Shown one piece after another: positions 27,799-32,428 of a stretch of DNA of 32,428 nucleotides. The DNA is taken from contig JALGVJ010000040.1 of NCBI GenBank assembly GCA_029838195.1, positions 1-32,428 of the forward strand. Reading direction: 5' to 3'. The notes under the pieces are model-generated. The model saw nothing but the letters and a program-made list of their open reading frames with translations, was not told where the DNA came from and did no database searches. Origin of the DNA: Promethearchaeota archaeon. Its GTDB lineage: Archaea; Asgardarchaeota; Lokiarchaeia; Sigyniarchaeales; SOKP01. Made by a program: the position numbers and the translations under genes. The stretch's first letter is position 1. Each line of letters starts with the position of its first letter.

Positions 27799-28131
27799 TT
27801 AGTTCTCTTTTAAAATTAAATTGGAACTAAGAATACTAAAAAGTTTTATAGTCCAATAATTGCTAAAATCAAGAGGAATTAAGAAAAATCTATCATGCCA
27901 TTTTGCCTCAAAAACATGATAATCAACTCCTACTTGCTTGGAAAATTCCACCCATTCTTTCATTTTACAAAAAAGACCATTAAATCGTAAATTTCTCTTT
28001 TCATCCTTCATAGAAGCGTTAAATTTATTGAAATTCATCTCCTAAATCCATCCTGATCTTTCCTTAATTTGATATATGATCCCAAGTCCGGGTTTTTCCC
28101 ACCATTCTTTTAAGTTTTTATTATTGGACAT
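27799..28131 (-). pseudogene. Remnant of a GH29 alpha-L-fucosidase-like gene (N-terminal part only)
   Basis: ATG 28131 gives MSNNKNLKEWWEKPGLGIIYQIKERSGWI*EMNFNKF...EWVEFSKQVGVDYHVFEAKWHD. In-frame TAG at 28042-28044. Similarity to the GH29 pattern W....K..G..Y.V..AKHHDG stops right after KWHD. Confidence 0.75.
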
Positions 28132-28285
28132 TTTCTCGGTTGCCGGTAATTAAACAATTAAATTTTTTAATCATATTTTCGAAAATCTTAAATCTATTTG
28201 TTTATTAAAGATTTTAAAATCAGTAATTTCTTTTTTTTGTTTAGAAAATTAATTTCATCATTAAGTTTTACTTCTAAAGATTTTT

Positions 28286-30598
28286 TTAAGCTTCAAAATC
28301 AGGTGTTTTCATGTGTACTACTTCATTTTCCGATAAAACAATGGTATGGCGATTTTTTAAGCGAGAAATTAATTTTAACAAGTTTTCTTCTAAATATTCT
28401 CCTGTAATTCGACTTCGGAAAAATATTTTTAATCCCGTTGTTTTGGCAAATTCTAAGGTTTCTTCCCGTTGATCTGCCAAGACGATAGAAACTCCTCGGC
28501 TTCGGAACTCATTAATAAGATTAGAAAAAATCTGCGTCTGAACATTAAAGGTCACCATCTCATCGTCGTCGACACTCATTCTATGAGGAGGTGACCCTGA
28601 AAGCACGTGTGCTTCATCAATCATTATTAAATTTCTTAAATGATTTACCTCTTCTCCGCTAAAGCGATACCTAATGAGATTAAGTAAAGCAAAAATGGCA
28701 AATCTCTGAACGTTTTGAGGTGCTTTTAAGTTAACAAAAAAGGATTTTCCATCAATCCATTCTTTAAACCATTTAGGATATTCTTGATCTATCAAGGAAA
28801 AATTATTCATTAAACCCGTATCCAAGAAAGCACTTAACCTATTTTGAATTGCTTGCATAAAATTCAACGTTAAACGATTGTCATACGGCTTCTCTTTAAG
28901 ATGCAAGAGAACCAATTTAAAGAGATCTTTGATTGTTTTAGGAGGAATTGCTTCTCTTAATAATACGTCATAAATAATGGTTTCCAGCACGTTTTTTAAA
29001 CCCAAGGAGCCAGCAATGTATCTTGCGGACTCCATTGCTAAGATTGTCCTTTCCAGGGGAAATTCTCTGACATTACAAGGAGGAAAATATGGTATTTTAA
29101 AATCTTTCATTTCTAATACTTCTAAATGAGGATAAAATTTATGTTGTCCCGATTTCGTGAGATTAAGAACTAAAATTCCCACATCTTTTCTTTTTCGCGT
29201 TATTTCTTTTACAATGTGTCCTTGTAAAAATGTTTTTCCCGTTCCAGGACTTCCCAAAATCATCGCACCTTTAGCAAAATCATCGATATTGAAATTATAA
29301 GGGCGATTAGTTTCACGCGAACTCTCGATCAAAAATCCTAATAAAATCGAGTTTCCTCTATTACGATCGGGAGCAAGAAATAAATCTTCATACTCCTTAA
29401 TCTGTGGTAAAAGGGCACGAGTGGTTAAAAAATCACTAGCACGTGTTAATTTATTGAGACAAATCTTTTTCGTAAAAATTTTATGATACAGAAATAACCT
29501 AGATTTCAAATTAAAGATCTCATTCTTGAACACGGGATTTTCTTTCCCTTTTTGTTTTTCGATGGATAAAAAGACTCGAGCTTTTACTAAATAATCATGA
29601 AAGAGAAAACTCCTTGTTTTTTCTTGCCAATTTAACGATTCTAATTGTTGAGCTTGAATTCTATTCTTATTCAACATCACGGAATTGGACGTTAGAGCCC
29701 AGTTATTATCAAAAGGAACCATTTCCCCATTAGACCTTATTTTTTCATAACAAACAAATAAATCCATTTTTAAAGGAAATTTATTACTCAAAGTCTTAAA
29801 AAAATCAAGATAATTAGTAGAGTTCACACTCTTCTTGAATTCATGAAATTTTCTTGAAAAAAGATCCTTTATATCTATTTTTTGTATCTTGATTTTTGTT
29901 TCCCCTAATTTTGAATGTAAAATAAATTCTACTTGCTTGGCTTTTTTTCTTAATTCATCGATATTTTTCGAAATGGGCAAGAGATATTTCACTTGGTACA
30001 GGCCATCAATACATGATATATTTAGAGCGACGATGTGAGGCAATTCTATCAATAGGGGATATCCTTCTTCCGCACTTTTTAAAAATATCTCCGCTACATG
30101 GTAATTTCTCTTGAAAAAGAGAGTTGCTTTATGGAACATGGCAAAATCTGAACTAACCAATAATAAATTCAAAAATAAAAAGGATAAGGATGTCCAAGCT
30201 GTAAAATTGACTACAAAAATAGGAGCAAGAAAAAAATGAAGTGAAGAAATCATGCAATAAGAAGTATAAAAATAATATTTATCTTGAATGAAATAACATG
30301 CAATGAGGGGAGATAAGGAAAGTAATAAAAAAATATCTTGAGTGAAGAAAAGATAATAAAAAATCATTAAAAAGATACTCCTAAAAATTCTAATCCGAAA
30401 ATAAACAATAAATAAGATGATCGTAAGAAGTAGGATGCATTCTTGAAAATAATCTAAATTATTCGCAAAGAGAAACATGAAGATTATAAATGCAAGAATT
30501 AATGAAATTCTCAAGAAAGAATCATCAAGCTTCCTCTTCCATGCGATATAAATCCCATCAAGAATTAAAAAAAAGAAAATAGAAAGAATTAATATCAT
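28286..30598 (-). CDS. Membrane-anchored HerA/VirB4/TraD-like (DUF87) ATPase
   Basis: About 150-aa multi-TM N-terminus; Walker A GSPGTGKT, Walker B LIMIDEAH, EFRSRGVSIVLADQ. Confidence 0.88.
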   Translation of the reverse strand: MILILSIFFFLILDGIYIAWKRKLDDSFLRISLILAFIIFMFLFANNLDYFQECILLLTIILFIVYFRIRIFRSIFLMIFYYLFFTQDIFLLLSLSPLIACYFIQDKYYFYTSYCMISSLHFFLAPIFVVNFTAWTSLSFLFLNLLLVSSDFAMFHKATLFFKRNYHVAEIFLKSAEEGYPLLIELPHIVALNISCIDGLYQVKYLLPISKNIDELRKKAKQVEFILHSKLGETKIKIQKIDIKDLFSRKFHEFKKSVNSTNYLDFFKTLSNKFPLKMDLFVCYEKIRSNGEMVPFDNNWALTSNSVMLNKNRIQAQQLESLNWQEKTRSFLFHDYLVKARVFLSIEKQKGKENPVFKNEIFNLKSRLFLYHKIFTKKICLNKLTRASDFLTTRALLPQIKEYEDLFLAPDRNRGNSILLGFLIESSRETNRPYNFNIDDFAKGAMILGSPGTGKTFLQGHIVKEITRKRKDVGILVLNLTKSGQHKFYPHLEVLEMKDFKIPYFPPCNVREFPLERTILAMESARYIAGSLGLKNVLETIIYDVLLREAIPPKTIKDLFKLVLLHLKEKPYDNRLTLNFMQAIQNRLSAFLDTGLMNNFSLIDQEYPKWFKEWIDGKSFFVNLKAPQNVQRFAIFALLNLIRYRFSGEEVNHLRNLIMIDEAHVLSGSPPHRMSVDDDEMVTFNVQTQIFSNLINEFRSRGVSIVLADQREETLEFAKTTGLKIFFRSRITGEYLEENLLKLISRLKNRHTIVLSENEVVHMKTPDFEA

Positions 30599-30757
30599 GA
30601 TCTCATTTCATGAAATAATTATTTAAACTTCTTTAAACCGTTTTAAATTTTTAATCCATTTCCCTGATTTTTAACCAAGAAAAGTGAAGTTCTGAATATT
30701 AAAAAATGGATTTCAGAAAAAATAGGAATTTTTAAAGGTAAAAAAAGAACATAAAAC

Positions 30758-31303
30758 ATGGAAAATTTCTTTAGTTTTCATTATATTGTAAATCTCTTGT
30801 ATCTACTGGATAATCTATTGCTATTCATGTTCTTCTCCATACTATCTTTATTTTCAATTTATTTAAAGAATCAATTTTTCCTTAAAATGTTCTTTAAAAC
30901 AAGAGAATTTGAACATGAAAAATCTAAACTTGTCCTTGAGATCATTTTTTACCTCGTCCTTGCTAATTACTTCTTGTTTTCAAAAAATGAAGAAATCATT
31001 CTTATCTCGCTTTTAACCATTGTTCAAAACATTTTCTTTCAATATTTAAGTCAAAGTTTAATGATATTTTCGAATCTTCAATATGGCATCCAAGAAATTC
31101 TTTATGCGCTACAACATATCGGTGCTTTCTGTGCTTTCATTATTTTAATTAACGGATTTTTCTTAATCTTTCATAAAAAAGAATTAGAATCTGTATATCC
31201 CCATCTCCAATTAAAAAAAGAATCTCTTTTTAAGAAACAGCTTACTCTTGGCTTCTCTTTAACGATTCTTTTTGGTTTTTATCCCCTCACTTTTCTCATG
31301 TAA
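30758..31303 (+). CDS. Hypothetical multi-pass membrane protein
   Basis: 181-aa ORF with about 5 hydrophobic segments, divergent from the ATPase. Confidence 0.65.
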   Translation: MENFFSFHYIVNLLYLLDNLLLFMFFSILSLFSIYLKNQFFLKMFFKTREFEHEKSKLVLEIIFYLVLANYFLFSKNEEIILISLLTIVQNIFFQYLSQSLMIFSNLQYGIQEILYALQHIGAFCAFIILINGFFLIFHKKELESVYPHLQLKKESLFKKQLTLGFSLTILFGFYPLTFLM

Positions 31304-31335
31304 TTCAAAGAGAATGAGATAAAATAAAATTAGCT

Positions 31336-31743
31336 TTATTTTAATTTGCTTGCGCAATTAGGGCAATATTTATGATCACGCTTGACGGCTCCTCCACAGA
31401 AAGGACAATATCTTATATTTGAAGTGGAATAATCATTTAAAATTGGTTTCCTTTCAAGTTCAAGGGGAGTATAGGATTGGGATACTGACCTCTCTGGCTT
31501 ACTTTCTTGATATGATATTTCTGCTCTACTCTTTTCTAAAGTTCTTGTAATACTCGGCAGTTCCACAACGGAATTGCAGTGAATGCATCTATTTTCTGGT
31601 TTTGAATAGTAATAAATCAAATAAATTATTAATCCGAATCCCATGGTAAAAATGCTTAATATTAAAACCAAACAAATATCCATTTTCTCCCTTACAAGTA
31701 GAACATTTTGTTCACAATGAGGACAATAACCCGTTTGCGTGAT
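31336..31743 (-). CDS. LITAF-like zinc-ribbon membrane protein; N-terminus extends beyond ATG 31683 to a probable non-AUG start (ATC 31743)
   Basis: In-frame upstream ITQTGYCPHCEQNVLLVREK matches the paralogue's MTMGYCPYCQKNVYMKKE; then TM hairpin, CIHC and CPFC...CPNC. Confidence 0.8.
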   Translation of the reverse strand: MTQTGYCPHCEQNVLLVREKMDICLVLILSIFTMGFGLIIYLIYYYSKPENRCIHCNSVVELPSITRTLEKSRAEISYQESKPERSVSQSYTPLELERKPILNDYSTSNIRYCPFCGGAVKRDHKYCPNCASKLK

Positions 31744-31832
31744 TTTTTCACCTTTAATTTTATTCTTTTTTCTTCTATTTCCTTATCTTAAAAGAATTAA
31801 ATCGTGAATTAAAAAAATTCATAGTCCAATTT

Positions 31833-32288
31833 TTATTGATCTTCATTTAATTCAGTTCCGCAATAACTACATACAATTGCGTCTTTTTCTAATTTTTTAT
31901 TACAGAAAGGGCAATATTTAAACTCTTGAGTTTGGACTTTTTTTCTCTTTTTTTCCTCTACTTTTCTTAACACTTCTTCTTTTTTAGTTTCTTTCTTGGA
32001 TTTACCTTTTTTCTTTTCCGATTCCACTCTTTCAATTAAATGCAAGAAGGGCGTGGTATCGCCGGGAAGTTCGGAGCGAGAGGTATAGAACGTTAATTCA
32101 GATTGGCAGTCGGGACAATATTTCTTTTTAACAAAACCGAGTCTATAAATTATAAAAGGAATGAGGCCAAATCCTAAAGTGGCGATAATAATAATGATAT
32201 AAATATTTAATCGAAAACTATCAATCGGTTTTCTCCGGGGTTTATCTACTACTCGATTACAACTTTTGCAATATGCTATTTTTCCCAT
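31833..32288 (-). CDS. LITAF-like zinc-ribbon membrane protein with C-terminal double zinc ribbon
   Basis: CKSC, hydrophobic hairpin (TLGFGL), CPDC, Lys-rich linker, then CPFC...CSYC. Confidence 0.85.
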   Translation of the reverse strand: MGKIAYCKSCNRVVDKPRRKPIDSFRLNIYIIIIIATLGFGLIPFIIYRLGFVKKKYCPDCQSELTFYTSRSELPGDTTPFLHLIERVESEKKKGKSKKETKKEEVLRKVEEKKRKKVQTQEFKYCPFCNKKLEKDAIVCSYCGTELNEDQ

Positions 32289-32428
32289 ATTATTCTGAAA
32301 GATATAAAAAATTATAAATTCTTGACTTTATAAGATATCTATCATTCAAATTTTTTTTCCTCTAAAACTAAAAAAAATGGCATGCTCTAAAGATCCTTAA
32401 AAAAAGTTAGGGAGCACGCTAAAAAAAA

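Noticed and set aside
28042-28044. Pyrrolysine or stop-codon readthrough at the in-frame TAG
   Set aside because: The gene is also truncated shortly downstream, and TAG serves as a normal stop elsewhere in the window (e.g. 9766).
449-28407. Antisense or overlapping ORFs in the track (e.g. 449-658, 698-910, 2911-3258, 3397-3630, 5069-5389, 18497-18814, 23287-23877, 25525-25767, 28198-28407)
   Set aside because: They are shadows of well-supported genes on the opposite strand or in another frame, with biased composition and no motifs.
32378-32428. Imperfect hairpin flanked by A runs at the right edge (SECIS or terminator?)
   Set aside because: No clear AUGA/GA SECIS core, no in-frame TGA gene nearby, and the context is cut by the window edge.
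1-32428. CRISPR array, tRNA/rRNA genes, transposase or integrase
   Set aside because: No regularly spaced repeats, cloverleaf motifs or recombinase motifs were seen by eye; a covariance-model scan was not possible.

Overview
AT-rich archaeal window, most likely from an Asgard archaeon (Lokiarchaeia/Promethearchaeota). This is inferred from the protein sequences and family content, not from a database search. Left end, minus strand: rpl11-rpl1-rpl10-rpl12, then secY and an EMC3/TMCO1-family gene. The main finding is that rpl11 is interrupted by a 28-nt insert (5651-5678) in its conserved N-terminal G/P-rich motif. The insert folds with its flanks into a bulge-helix-bulge/loop structure, and cleavage at the standard positions restores the frame exactly, so it is a candidate tRNA-endonuclease-spliced mRNA intron in a ribosomal protein gene. 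Middle: MaoC dehydratase pair, thiW, Gfo/Idh/MocA oxidoreductase, adk-ndk-aroD, a surface-anchored PLD-family protein, an unannotated 56-aa zinc ribbon, an iron-sulfur flavoprotein and aroK. A tightly packed five-gene cassette (small protein, Rad50-like ATPase with no adjacent Mre11, 172-aa unknown, MoxR AAA+, lid-fused VWA) lies between the divergent aroK and aroE-tyrA. Right end: three LITAF-like zinc-ribbon membrane paralogues (one apparently needing a non-AUG start), an alpha-L-fucosidase remnant and a membrane-anchored HerA/VirB4-like ATPase. No tRNA, rRNA, CRISPR array or transposase was recognised.
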